DNA from: Diadema antillarum
Taxonomy: Eukaryota
NCBI RefSeq assembly: GCF_040938485.1
Contig: NW_027271666.1
Span: 1,736,001-1,800,000, forward strand
DNA length: 64,000 bases
Direction: 5' to 3'
The position numbers and the translations under genes are program-made. Positions 10,101 through 22,555 of this stretch are shown piece by piece; position 1 is the stretch's first letter; each line of letters starts with the position of its first letter. Below the pieces are notes generated by a model. The model made no database searches. It had not been told where the DNA came from and was given only the letters and a program-made list of their open reading frames with translations.

Positions 10101-13100
10101 GGGTGCGCAAAAACAAGAAACGATACTTTTTTGTGAAAAGTTATTGCAGGATGAAAAAAATAGAAAATCTCCAAGAAGGTTAATTTTGCAAAGAATGTGG
10201 AAAGAAAGAGGCATCTCATTGAGAGTGATTTGAAGTGTATTGATACGAATGCTCAGTTTAAATCATTGTGTGCTATGTACCTATTAAACAGGCTTTAAAA
10301 TATTTATGAATGATTAAAAAAATGCAAACAAACAAATTAAAACTAAAAATTATGAACAAAGTTAAAGTGTTAGGCCCAATTCTATTTGTTGTTGAGTTCA
10401 TTCTGCTGCATCGTTTTTAATTTAAAGGACCTGTTTACCTTTGGAAGCAGTGATTTAAAAAAAATGTCCAAGTTATCACACTTGATGCTGCATCCAAAAT
10501 GTGTGTAGGTCAGTTGTTTTCACAAAACATCCTACTATATAAAATGTTTGCAATAAAGCCTAAAATATACGGAGATATCACTATCTTTCTCAATAAACCA
10601 TAACAGTAGACGGTTTAGTCTGGAAACATTATTATTATAACTATTGTTCACATTTTGTATATTTAACAATACTTAACATTGACTATACTGATTCAAATTT
10701 TTACATTTTTTGTTTCCTTCCTTGACTCACATTTTAGAACTATTTTGAAATACTAAAGCTGGGTTTTTATTTCATCTGCAAATGGTAAATAATGCCTCTA
10801 AGCTTCTTTGGTGACTCCTCCGCAGCTCAACCAGCCAGATGTGACCCGATGGGAGGAGGGGATGTTGGTGTACACTGAGAGGAATGGTGCCAGGCGTCTC
10901 AGGGTGGCCTTGGCGGACTTCCTCACGTCGCAGACGGGCGCCCCCAAACCTCTCGACCCGGACAAGGTCAGGTGTCAGTGTCTGTCCGCTTCCACATCTT
11001 CAGTCCAGGGAAAGGCCATCCATCATTAGGCTTGAGAACTCGCATGAAGTTAGATAGAAACTACCACGATCTTTACTACACCTTTGCTTTTTTTGACAGG
11101 AATAACACAATACAAACTATCACCCTCAGATGATATGGATTACTGGGTATGCCATATATTTTGCATGGTTTCTATATTTGCGAATTTTGTGAGTCTGGTG
11201 CTATTAGCAAATTCAACAACATGCAAAGTTAAACTCTGATCCCAACATGAATGCAATGTGCATGCCTCTATTTCTCTGTTCATTACTGTTCTCCACGATT
11301 GCTGGTCTACAAGTAGCCACTCGCGAAATTGTCTGGAAGTTCTGCTTTGCGAAAAATTGGACTCACTATATGTATGGCGTATACAGTATCTCATGGTTTG
11401 GGTATTACTGCATTCCATCAAAACATGGTTGTATCATCAGCCTGAAATATGACTTTATATTCATGCGCAGGGGGTTTGACAAAAACAAATTTTGTTAATT
11501 GTATCCTTTTTTATCACAGAACTTGATTTTGTTACTTCTCAAATTAGATTATTAGAACAAATTATTTCAATTTACATGCAACATGATCTCAGGTGTGAGC
11601 TCCCAATATTTTCCACCATCCCATTTCAGAAGTTCTTTTTAATTTACTTTTTCTTCTACATGTATAAGACTGTATGGAAAGCAAACAATGGAAAAGTGTG
11701 TTACAGTGTATAGAAGTCCCAAGGCAGTCAGATATTTGTGTATATTCAGGCTAGGCTTCATGATATTGCAACTCATTCAAGTACAGGCTAAAGTTTTTAT
11801 AGTTGTGGCTCTTTTTCTTTCTTTCTCCCAATACTTTCTATAGTTCTGCATCATGAATGGAGTTACAGGAATTATGAATCTTCTCTGTTTTGTGCTGTTT
11901 AACGATGGAGGTGAGACTTTCCTTCTCCAAGTTTGGTTCGAAAATATTTTCAGATGAGTGAATCAGATACTCAGTAATTTGGATCCTGCAGCAAAAAGGA
12001 TAAAAAAAATGATAGATTTCTGGTAATGAGATTGTTATTATGGCCCATTTCATTTTAAATGTTAGCAGTTATCATATTAAGATGCAATGATTACTGTAAA
12101 ATGCGGAATGTTCACGTGTATTTTCATTTCGCAAATTTTGCAAGAGCCAAGATTCGCGAAATTAAAATGCACACGAAAGTTCTTGTCTACACTGTATGTA
12201 TTAAATGTTAGAGGCAACTTGCGAAGATTTCATGCCCCGAAGAAGGCTGTCGGCTCCAATTTGCGAAAATTTCATGCCGCGAAGATATTGTGTTTTACAG
12301 TACAGGCTTTGAGAGCACTGAATTGATGATTGGCATACAGCCAATTTGTAGCAATCGACGGTAGGCGAGGGTTACTTGGATGTTTAAAACTCTACATCAA
12401 CTCAAGACCCTTTCACTTTTAGTCTTCATTATGCATGAGTTGAGTCTGGAGTTGCGAGTAAATCACACTGTGTATGTGACTTTACTTTATCCAGGCGAAT
12501 GGTTTTGTTCATGCCAAGCAATAATGTGTGTTTTTTCTTCTTTTTTGGGGGTTTCATTTTCTTGTCCAATGTCCACTCCTTAGACACCCTGCTGTGCCCA
12601 GCGCCATTGTACTATTCCATTCCTCGTGACATCATGGACGTAGCCGGGGTCAAGATATACCCTGTCAAGCTCAGCAGCAAGGTAAGAAAGGAAAATAGTT
12701 CATGTGAAATTTTTCCCGTTTCTGTTGCAGCTTGAGTGAACAGGTCATTGTCCAAATGCCAATCAAGGACTAGCATTATAAAGAATTGATTTTCTGAAAG
12801 TCGAAAAATGGAATAAGAAGCCACATGAAAAAAAAAAAAAAACAGAATGAGTATAATGACAAATGTTAGTCACAACATTATTCATGCCACCTATCTGAGA
12901 ATAATGATGATAAATTGTCTTTAACATTGTGCATTTCCAATGAGATACTGATCATGTGATATGTTGCAGTTACTGTATAAGCTGTTATTTTCGCGAGGGT
13001 TTAATTTTCGAGAATTTCGCGAATCACAGTTGGATCGCGAATTTAACAACATGCGAAGATGTCTCTATGCACTTGGATGATAGTGCATTTATGTTACGTG

Positions 13101-16100
13101 TAGCATCGGCGTCAGTTCGCGAAAATAACAGCATAAACAGTAGTACAAGCTTGTATATCTTTCTATCCATGAATACATTTTGTAGTGGATGGTAATATGT
13201 GGGTTTGCAGCACTGTGATGTGTAATGGAGAGCAGGTCTGTATGGACTTTGCGTATTTCCAAAGCATTTCATTTTAATTGTGCCCTTTGATGTTTGTTTT
13301 TACTTGTGTTCAGCCTGGTCCCAATGGAGAGAAACCATTTGAATTGACTGCGGAGCACCTGAAGGCAGCACTAGAGAAAGCCACTCAGGAGGTAATGGGA
13401 TTTTTTCTTTCTTCTTTTTCGTCTTTCAAATCATCCTCCATCATCATCTATTTTCATTCAAAGATATAATAACTGAAGAGGGATTTACCTACAACATGTA
13501 TTCAGTGAATGCAAAAGTATGAGTAGAACACATCAGCGAAGTTTGTGGAAAATCAGACAATCTGTTAACCCGTTGAAGAAGAGTCCTGAGAATACTTGGG
13601 CAGATGCCTATGGGAAATGTGTGTTATACCAAAATCAGTCCATCCTCAATGGGTTAAAAAGGCTTTTAAAGGCTGGGTTAATTTCATGTGCCATCATTAC
13701 TGACCGTTAGAAGACTACAACAATTTGTGATGCCACACCTATCGAACTACTCCTATATAAAGAAAGTGAAAAAGGAATGTTTTCTGAAAGGAACACATTC
13801 CTGTGACTTGTTACTGAAGTGTTTGAAATAGCTCCCAGGAGCCCCCAGGAGTTCTTCCAGGGGCAGTATGTGCAGAAAGTTTCAAAATAATTAACCAGAA
13901 TTTTACCCAGGATATTACCTGCGAGATATTTTGATGCTACAAGATCTCCCTGTAAAAAATTTGTTAAGCGTGTAAGGGGTATACAGTGGACTCCGGTATA
14001 ACGAAGTCCTCGGTACCGGCAATTTTCTTTCGTTATATCGAAATTTTGTTATTACCGAATTTATAAACAATAAAAATACATAGAGTTGATAATATTGCAG
14101 CCCTAAATTTTACTTCGTTGTAACCAGAATTTCATTATAACCGTGTTCGTTATTAACAGGAGTGCACTGTACATGTAGTTTTGATGAGTTAGTGTTGACA
14201 ACATTGCGTTTCTTGTCATCTATGCACAGGGCCATAAAGTGAAAGGTGTCTTCCTGGTCAACCCAAACAACCCCATTGGATGTGTGTACACCAGAGATGA
14301 GGTTCTCACTTACCTTGACTTCTGCAAACAGTAAGATGGGATGAAAGTATTCCTCCTGTTTATGAATTAGTTAATCAAGCAAGTACTATATCTTTATATG
14401 ACAGACCATTTTGGATGAAATTTGTTCCAATCTTGTGTTTTATTTGTTGCAATTTTTGTACATATTCACTTTTTAAATACATGTACTTTTATTTTCCAAA
14501 CTTTCCCAATATAAACAATGAGTTATTAAAAACTTATACTGGTATTCAATAATAATCTTATGACTGTTCTATTTTATGTTATCGTATATTATGACATATG
14601 ATCTCATATTTATATAGAAGTCTATTTGGTCATTTTTCTTTTTGAGTGAGAGAGGGAGAATTTAGACACAGCATTAAGATGTTTTCTTCTTCTTCTTTTT
14701 TGTATTTACTCTGTATGGAAATGAGTTGTATATGAATATCTAAAAATGCATGAAATTTCAGGCACAAGCTTCATGTCCTCATGGACGAGATTTACCAGTT
14801 CAGCAACCACGACGAGTCTGTGCCAAACTCCAGTGTACTGGGAATTCCCCTAGATGACATGCCTGACTTGATGAGAACCCATGTGTTGTATGGTTTTAGC
14901 AAGGTGTGTTGGACTTGTGCATTGAGGAGTTGTACTGTGCCAATTGTGTTTTTTTGAGGGTGCGTTTTGGTGTGTTTTTTTTCCCTGTAAGCTCCCTTTG
15001 TGCTACAGCTGTAAACCCCCTGTGTACCACATTATTTTCACAACGAATGAGCTCTTTATGATTTTTGTTTTACATTATTTATCAATATGACATTTTTCAA
15101 GGCGATGTAACATTTGGTAGAAATGTTTATGCAAGAAATGCAGTAGGCCTACAGTTGTTAAGTGGTATAGAAACTTACAATCTTTGCCGTGATATGAATA
15201 TATGGCAGACCTGTGCTAGGACTCTTGATGTACTGTGGTATATTGCAACTATAATTGATCTGTGTTGTGCGTTTGAGCAAAATTTGCTAGAAACAAAAGT
15301 TGGCAAACCGTCGACTGATTGGGCATGCGAACACGGCAGACAAAGAGTTATTTGGCAACACAAAATACACTATTATGATATATGCATGGACTCACAGCTG
15401 GAAAAACAAAACAAAACAGATTTTTTTTTTTTTTAGAGCAAGAAATAATTTGTAGCAGTTCCATAATGTTGTATTATAGTATCTAAATTGATATTTGATT
15501 TTATTTTGGTATTTGTATGATGTTCAGTTGATCAGTTGTGTGTAATATTGCAATTCCTTTTATCATCCCTGTACAGGTATTTAATTTTGTTTAAAAAGAG
15601 CATACATACCAGTTTTGTACCTTAAAGGGACTGTACAGTACTGGTTGAGGTGGGGATTCAGGTTTATAACATTCCTATTAAAGTGAGATAATGAGAAAGC
15701 TCTTATGAAATATGAAAGAGCATGTAATTCTAAGAAGGATTCAATATTTATTTGATGAAAATTGGTTTTCAAATGGCTGAGATATCCAAAAAAGTGATAA
15801 TAATAAAAGGCGACAGGCCACGCCTTTTATTAGGATCTCTTTGTTTCACCTTGGTTTTGGATATATCAGCCATTTCAAAACCGATTTTCATCAAACAAAC
15901 TTTTGATACCCCTTAGAATTGCATGCTCTTTGACATCTCAAAGAGTGGTTTCTGAATATCTCGCAAAACGTTAAAAGCTAAATCCTCACCTCAACAAGAA
16001 TAGTACACACCCTTTAACTCTTATTAACATATGTATGTATTTATGCTCTAGTTTGTATCATCAAATGAGGATCTATGTATCATTCTTTCATGTATTCATT

Positions 16101-19100
16101 TATAGAGCAGCAGTTTCTGTACTCATGCACACTTTTCATTCTGAATCATGTTTGGATCCAGTAAGTCTCCTTACCAATTACTTGTGGTTGCATTTTTTTT
16201 AAATTTTACATTGCCTTGTAGCTTATTTGGTTGATTTTGTCAGGACTTTGGTATACCTGGATCTCCTCTGGGCGCCCTCTACACGTGGAATCCAGACGTT
16301 CTGAAGGTCTGTGTTCGGCTGAATGACTTTCAGCAAGCCGCCAGCTCAGTTCAGATTCCTGCTGCTAGACTTCTGGAAGATAAAGGTCTGTTTACAATTA
16401 CCTTCCTGGATTCATGATTACAGCTTNNNNNNNNNNNNNNNNNNNNNNNNNNNNNNNNNNNNNNNNNNNNNNNNNNNNNNNNNNNNNNNNNNNNNNNNNN
16501 NNNNNNNNNNNNNNNNNNNNNNNNNNNNNNNNNNNNNNNNNNNNNNNNNNNNNNNNNNNNNNNNNNNNNNNNNNNNNNNNNNNNNNNNNNNNNNNNNNNN
16601 NNNNNNNNNNNNNNNNNNNNNNNNNNNNNNNNNNNNNNNNNNNNNNNNNNNNNNNNNNNNNNNNNNNNNNNNNNNNNNNNNNNNNNNNNNNNNNNNNNNN
16701 NNNNNNNNNNNNNNNNNNNNNNNNNNNNNNNNNNNNNNNNNNNNNNNNNNNNNNNNNNNNNNNNNNNNNNNNNNNNNNNNNNNNNNNNNNNNNNNNNNNN
16801 NNNNNNNNNNNNNNNNNNNNNNNNNNNNNNNNNNNNNNNNNNNNNNNNNNNNNNNNNNNNNNNNNNNNNNNNNNNNNNNNNNNNNNNNNNNNTCCTCGTT
16901 CTCTTCCTCTTCTGCTTCCTCCTCCTCTTCTTCTTCTTTTGCATTGGAGATTGCAGCTTTTTCTTCATTAACACACTCCATTTCTTGCATTCATGAAGGA
17001 GTGTTATATTCTACACTGAAGCTTAAAAGAATAAAATATCAAGGCAGAGACAATTTTACCATACACAAATAATAGACCTAGTTTCATGAGCAGTATACGA
17101 GTTACTCAAGGGAAACAGGCAGGCTGAGTTTATAGCGGGCTTGGCCTACTGATGCCTTGTTCACTTTTATCAATATACCGCTGATAATCTGATAATTCTT
17201 CAGCTTTTGATAATGCTGCTTCAAAAAGGTTCATTCATTCATTCATTCACTGACAATGTATATGAAATATTTCCCAGTGCCCGAAGTATGTTAATCTTCA
17301 TACCTCACGATTCATTGTAAGGTATCTTCTTGCAAGTAGAGGAAAAAACATTTGTCCATTCCTTAGTGCCCAAAGGATGTGGTTACAAGTAACCTCTCTC
17401 CAAGATGTACCTCAGTGATTAAAGAAATGTTTCAAGGCACCTTCTTTCGAAGGACTTAATCACTTTGCTTGTACTCTTGATACCCCAAAGACTGGCTGCA
17501 TGGCACCTTCTTCCCCACCAACCTGTTCAGGCTGAGGGCGGCACTTCTTGTTGCCATGGAAACCCTGGATGAGATAGGAGCCTCATACTTCAAGCCCAGT
17601 GCTGGGCTCTTCATTTGGACAGATCTCAGCAAGGTCAGTTTATTATCATTTTCTTTAATCTTTGCATGTCTGGCCACAAAAAATGCAGTTCAAACTCTCC
17701 TGAGCCTCATAGGCACGCACTCAAAATATGTTTTCCGTCGGTTTCAATGGTAAATGAATGGGGAGTTATGTCCTCTTGTTGCTAAGATAGTTTTTGTCTG
17801 TGAAACCTTCTTTAAAGGTTACAGAAATTAGTTTTTCCAAATATTTATGTGTGTAGCATATAGATTTTTTGAATTAACTCTAGTCTTGTCAAATGAAAAA
17901 CTTATGCTTTATAAATTTTAGTGGCAATAGGGGACTCCGGAGGCATTTATTTTCTTGTCTGTTTATTTTCAACAGTATGTATGACGTTCTTTGAGTTCAT
18001 GTATATTGGGTATTTTTGTGTGATATGTCAGTTGTTGTTTGTAAATATCTGATAGATAAGATGAGACCAAAATTTGTGAGTTTACCTGAGTTCCAAGGTT
18101 GTCATTCATTGTCAGAGTTTGGTATTAATTTGCAACAGCATAATTCCATTTGTATTGGACAAACTGGAGTCTGTGTATGCACAATGAAAAATACATTACT
18201 GGGATAACCTGACCCAACCCCCCCTTCCACCCCCCTTCCACCCCACTCTCCCCCTCACCCTCCATTTGAATGTTGTTGGATCCAATGGATGATGCCTTGT
18301 GCAGCATGTACTGTAAAAGTGGTTTCTTTCGCGGTGGTTTTATTTACACGCTTTTCGAGCTTTGAGTTTGAACCGCAAATTTAACATCACGTGAAAATGT
18401 TTTGAAAAGTCACGCAAAATTAACCATGCAAGAAAATGTTTTGAACTCGCCGCTTGTTACAACGCTATTGTGCACATGCACACACAAAGATTCCGCACAT
18501 TGAGTGTAATGATGGTCAACACACACAGAGCGATACCGCGCAATGTCATGTTATAAAGTACTCGAGAGACGGGATTTCAGATAAGCCTGCATTTAATTTC
18601 AATTTCTATTCGATAGATAAAAGAATAATTGGATTGTAGTTTGGGTTTTCATGTGCAAAATAAAACAGTTTATGCCGACTGTGAATTCACAGATTTTGCC
18701 GACCTCAAATTTTAACACACGCGAAAAAGTCGGCACCGATGGAAACTGCGAAAGTATCTGTATGCGAAAGAAACCACTTTTACATTATTAAAAAGAAAGT
18801 CTTCTGGTCTGCTATGGTTAGTTTCTTGCAGCTAATACGCCGGAGGAAGAAGCAAAACTGACCGATCATCTGCTGAAGTGCGGGGTTGGTTTGTCGCCCT
18901 CGGCTGGCTACTGTGGCGGAGAGTTCGGCTGGTACCGGATCATGTTTGCAGTGCCCCCGCATCAACTCAGAGAAGGTAGGATAACGAAATAATGTTGTGA
19001 TTTTTTTTTAAAGAAATAGAAAAAGGAGAAGGCTGACAATTCTGCTGCCATTAAGAATAAAAACTAGCAAACCATATTCCATGATTTTATTTTATGAGAA

Positions 19101-20078
19101 ATGAGAGTCATATTTGTTGAAAATGATTTATGATATAGTTGTAAAGATGGGTTTTGATTATTATAATATGTCGTGGGGGTATGGGGCACAGAGCCAAATA
19201 AAAATCTGTGTTGGTGAAGATTTGATGAGATGATGATGATGATGATAATAAGGCTTAAGTATTATATGTTTGTATTATTTTATCATTTTTTAATGCGGAT
19301 TATTGTATTAATACTGTGGAAGATAATTACACCACTGTTGTTATTGTTACGTAGAAATAGTATATGTATTGATATTTGATTGATTGATTACCGGTAATAT
19401 TTGATATTTTATGTTTGATATGATAGCCATGTTTTTGGATGCAGTAATGTAAACTCTAATGTTGTTTTTTTTTTTGTACCCCATGTATGTGTCTAAACCT
19501 GCCATTCGTTTTGAATGAAATGGTGGACCTGGTTCTTTTGTATACATGTCATTCTAACACTTTCTTGAACTTGAATAAAGTCATAATTAAACAACTACCC
19601 TGAGCTGGAGAAATATCACACAGCATTCCAATCCTCATCGTCAAAAGTGTTGATGTTTTTTGAGTTACTGTAAAAGTTGAAATTTTCACGGTGTTCAAAT
19701 TTTTGCGCATTTCGCGCAACCAAAAGCAAGCGCGAAAATAAAAGCATGCAAATATTTTTGCCCGCCATATGTTCCAGTAGTTGATGTCTTGATTCCGCGG
19801 TATTGAAAACATGTGAATTTCTTCTTACCCGGCCAAGCGCGAAAAATTAGTACAGTATTTGTTCATGTATATAGGGTTAATGTGTATAACGATCAAACTT
19901 TACATTTTGATGTCTCACATAATATTATTCTATGTCACATCCTCTTAAATAAAGACTAGAGTTAATCCAACATGTTCCTTTCTTTCTTTCTTTCTTTCTT
20001 TTTTTACCAATGTTGCTCATGTATTCAGGACTGAAGAGGATGAAGGAAGCTTGCTTGTCGTTCCCATCAAGGACCTAG
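7062..20078 (+). CDS. ACCS: Gene span: ACC synthase-like PLP-dependent class I/II aminotransferase (ACCS-like), 12 coding exons, 429 aa
   Basis: join(7062-7175,9735-9794,10826-10966,11844-11910,12584-12681,13314-13391,14230-14330,14762-14903,16244-16385,17491-17633,18822-18975,20029-20078) = 1290 nt. All introns are GT-AG and the frame is continuous. Motifs NPNNPIG, DEIY, FSK/DFG and GWYRIMF align to recalled human ACCS. Confidence 0.9.
7428..9018. mobile_element. TTAA-target MITE (Kolobok-like AGGGAT termini), interrupted by a Helentron-like insert
   Basis: TTAA|AGGGATAG ... CTATCCCT|TTAA. Related copies at 15626, 21722 and 56557. Confidence 0.8.
7742..8925 (+). mobile_element. Helentron-associated non-autonomous element (HINE-like) with ~300-bp internal repeats
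   Basis: 5' T-run plus AGCTCACCTGA, 3' TCGGGTGAG, hairpin GACCC-CC-GGGTC, TCTTGTT end, and three internal repeats. Confidence 0.65.
9735..9794 (+). CDS. ACCS: ACCS-like exon 2
   Basis: GIVDLCMSQNTLISDVLLEK; AG/GT flanks. Confidence 0.88.
10826..10966 (+). CDS. ACCS: ACCS-like exon 3
   Basis: LNQPDVTRWEEGMLVYTERNGARRLRVALADFLTSQTGAPKPLDPDK. Confidence 0.9.
11844..11910 (+). CDS. ACCS: ACCS-like exon 4
   Basis: FCIMNGVTGIMNLLCFVLFNDG. Confidence 0.85.
12094..12300. mobile_element. MITE, TA|CTGTAAAA...TTTTACAG|TA family
   Basis: Terminal inverted repeats, TA TSD, and internal ttcgcg/cgcgaa motifs. Confidence 0.75.
12584..12681 (+). CDS. ACCS: ACCS-like exon 5
   Basis: DTLLCPAPLYYSIPRDIMDVAGVKIYPVKLSSK. 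Confidence 0.92.
13314..13391 (+). CDS. ACCS: ACCS-like exon 6
   Basis: PGPNGEKPFELTAEHLKAALEKATQE. Confidence 0.92.
13984..14169. mobile_element. pogo-type MITE (CAGTGCACTCC family)
   Basis: TA|CAGTGGACTCC...GGAGTGCACTG|TA. Confidence 0.8.
14230..14330 (+). CDS. ACCS: ACCS-like exon 7
   Basis: GHKVKGVFLVNPNNPIGCVYTRDEVLTYLDFCK. Confidence 0.94.
14762..14903 (+). CDS. ACCS: ACCS-like exon 8 (ends at the PLP-binding Lys)
   Basis: HKLHVLMDEIYQFSNHDESVPNSSVLGIPLDDMPDLMRTHVLYGFSK. Confidence 0.94.
15626..16013. mobile_element. TTAA-target MITE (Kolobok-like)
   Basis: TTAA|AGGGAC...CACCCT|TTAA; same body as 7428-9018. Confidence 0.8.
16244..16385 (+). CDS. ACCS: ACCS-like exon 9
   Basis: DFGIPGSPLGALYTWNPDVLKVCVRLNDFQQAASSVQIPAARLLEDK. 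Confidence 0.92.
16427..16892. other. Assembly gap (466 N) inside ACCS-like intron 9
   Basis: Run of N. The flanking exons join in frame, so no coding exon appears to be missing. Confidence 0.98.
17491..17633 (+). CDS. ACCS: ACCS-like exon 10
   Basis: DWLHGTFFPTNLFRLRAALLVAMETLDEIGASYFKPSAGLFIWTDLSK. Confidence 0.92.
18311..18784. mobile_element. MITE, CTGTAAAA family
   Basis: CTGTAAAAGTGGTTTCTTTCGC ... GCGAAAGAAACCACTTTTACA inverted termini. Confidence 0.8.
18822..18975 (+). CDS. ACCS: ACCS-like exon 11
   Basis: FLAANTPEEEAKLTDHLLKCGVGLSPSAGYCGGEFGWYRIMFAVPPHQLRE. Confidence 0.9.
19668..19855. mobile_element. MITE, CTGTA family
   Basis: TA|CTGTA...TACAG|TA with gcgcgaaa motifs. Confidence 0.65.
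20029..20078 (+). CDS. ACCS: ACCS-like terminal coding exon 12
   Basis: GLKRMKEACLSFPSRT*; the phase matches exon 11. Confidence 0.82.
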
Positions 20079-21721
20079 ACCAACATCACGGATGCTTTCT
20101 TTCATCATTAGCTGTCCTGGCCTCGTTTGATCCCCATCCTTTTGGGCTCGGCTGTTTCCAGCTTCAATGATTTACATTACCTCTCCTTGGCAATTACATA
20201 TGTCAGCATAGCAAATATATCATTTAGATTCAAATGCTGCTCTAAATTTTTGAGAAAAAAGGGTTGTACTTTTGTAATTCACTTCTCTTTTTTTATTGCG
20301 TGTGTGTGGGGAGTATGATAAATTATAATCTGAATAACCAGAATACTAATTATTCATGTTTGCCCTTGACATATGAAATATGTCACAGGATTGATCTCTT
20401 TAATTATATCCATCATATTTGATTATGAATATACAACACATAAAGTTCTTTTCACTGTTGTTGTACTCAGTGTAATCAGTATCTATATCATGATTAATTT
20501 GTGTTTGCTCAAAACATTGCCATATGATAACTTTTAGTTTTATAAATTGCTGAACTTGTCTGCAGTCACATAATTCACTGCTTCTTTCATTAATTCATTC
20601 AAAAGCCAAAGCACTAAAAACCAAAGAAACATAAAGGAATAGTCTCTTTGTATACCTCAGATATAGCTTACAAGGGAATTTGCATAAAACTTACAAATGT
20701 ATGTGGATTCGTAATGGTCAGGGCACAAGGCAGCTGTTGTGGTAGACAGCCTAGCCATGTTTACCATAGAGGAGGGGACTCTAAATTATCTCGGCGTGAG
20801 CACAGCACACACTTCCAGTGGCCTGCGCTGTTTGTGGCAGAGTGCACATACGCGCCCAGAGAAACTGCCGCCTCTCTTCAGGTGAAATGCCCACCCACTG
20901 GTTTTCATAGAAACATATGCTGACCTTGCGCTAGACAACCAGGGAGCTCTAAACGGGGGGTCTCTCTTGAGTAGTATTAAACAAACACTCATTTTTATGT
21001 CGTCCGGATGTCCTCCTGAAGTCTACCTAGTTAGGGGGACTCTAAACAGAGTACATTTGTATCATTCTACCTGTATGAAGGAGGTCTCACCTACTGTGTG
21101 ATTATGTACCGAAGGTAATGTAGTCATGACAAGAATGACACTAATACAGCAGCTGCTTTGTGATATAATATTTTGTCTTTTAATATTTGTTCAAGCTATT
21201 TCCCTAAGTCCTAAAGTAGATATTTTGACAATTTTTCAAGGAGCAGAGATTCATTTGTTGTATTTTTTTAAAACTAGAAATCAGAAAATCTTCACGAAAT
21301 GTTGTATAGAAAGTGTATTAAATTTTGTTACTTTAGTTGTTTTTTTACATTAAGTTCTAATGACATCTTCTTATGGTAATTTTAGGTTGTGTAACGTATA
21401 GTGTGGTTTGCTTTAAATTTGTTTAACAAAAAACAAAAAACAAAAATCAAAAGAAGACAGGTCTGACTGTTCACCTTTATACTTGCCCAAACTGTATGAT
21501 ACCTTGGATCATGTGTAGAGAGAACGTATTATCAAATTTGTGTACACAGTTTTAAACAATAATTCCTTAAAATGACAGGGGTTTGATGCACTGTGTAGGC
21601 CTACCCATTCTCAGTAAGAGAGTGAACTATATATTATAATCAATATTTTTTACATGTACAATGCAATGCAACAATGTGCCTTCTTTGGTGTCACCTGCAA
21701 GAAAGTGTGAGCGTAACTTAA

Positions 21722-22066
21722 AGGGATTGTATAGTTTTGGTTGAGATGGGGCTTCAGATCTCTTTTTTCTTGTAAGATAATGAGAAACTACTTGCGAAAT
21801 ATGAAAGAGCATACAATTGTAAAAGGAAGTCAAAGTTTATTTGATGAAAATAAGAGTGGTGCTAATAAAAGGTGGTCCCCAACTTTTATTTTACTTTGTT
21901 TTTGGATATCTCAACCATTTCAAAACTTATTTTCATCAAAATAAACTTTGAATTCCATTTAGAATTGCACACTCTTTCATATTTCATAAGTGGTTTCTCA
22001 TTATCTTACAAAAAAAGTTAAAAACCTGAAGCCACATCTCAACCAAAACTATAGGCTAGCGTCCCT
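21722..22066. mobile_element. TTAA-target MITE (Kolobok-like)
   Basis: TTAA|AGGGAT...GTCCCT|TTAA. Confidence 0.8.
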
Positions 22067-22219
22067 TTAATGATGATGAGGTTGTAAAGCACCTGGCAGT
22101 GAGTGATACAGTGGAACGTCATAACTAGGATGGGTACATGAATAGTCTGCAAGAATCTTCAGCCTATTGAAGGAGGCAGACTTAATCAGAAGAAGAAGAA
22201 GAAGAAGAATAGTAAGATA

Positions 22220-22391
22220 CAGTGCACTCCCATTATAACGAACATGGTTATAACGAAATTCCAGTTACAATAAAGTAAAAATTCAGGCCGCATCAGTATC
22301 TACTCTACATATTTTTATTGTTTATTTGTTCGGTTATAACGAAATTTTGATATAATGAAAGAAAACTGCCAGTCCTGAGGACTTCGTTATA
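22220..22391. mobile_element. Truncated pogo-type MITE (CAGTGCACTCC family)
   Basis: The left TIR TA|CAGTGCACTCCC and the body are present; the right end is missing. Confidence 0.65.
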
Positions 22392-22555
22392 TTTTCACAG
22401 GTCCATTTCTGTTTTTATTGATGATGTCATGAAATGCCCAACACAATGAAGAGATTTCAGTGGTCCCATTCAGCAGCTTGTTAATTGGTAACATGAGGTT
22501 CCTTTGTAATCCCCGAAATTTTGGGAGTGAGCTTATAGTTGAGGATGATTCGATG

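Noticed and set aside
16323-17072. Long ORFs of 185-249 aa spanning the N run, including a Glu-rich minus peptide
   Set aside because: These are artefacts of translating N. The flank is a low-complexity (CTT/CCT)n tract inside ACCS-like intron 9.
20640-21060. Three GGG(G)ACTCTAAA-like motifs suggesting a mobile element
   Set aside because: I could not define termini or a TSD with confidence.
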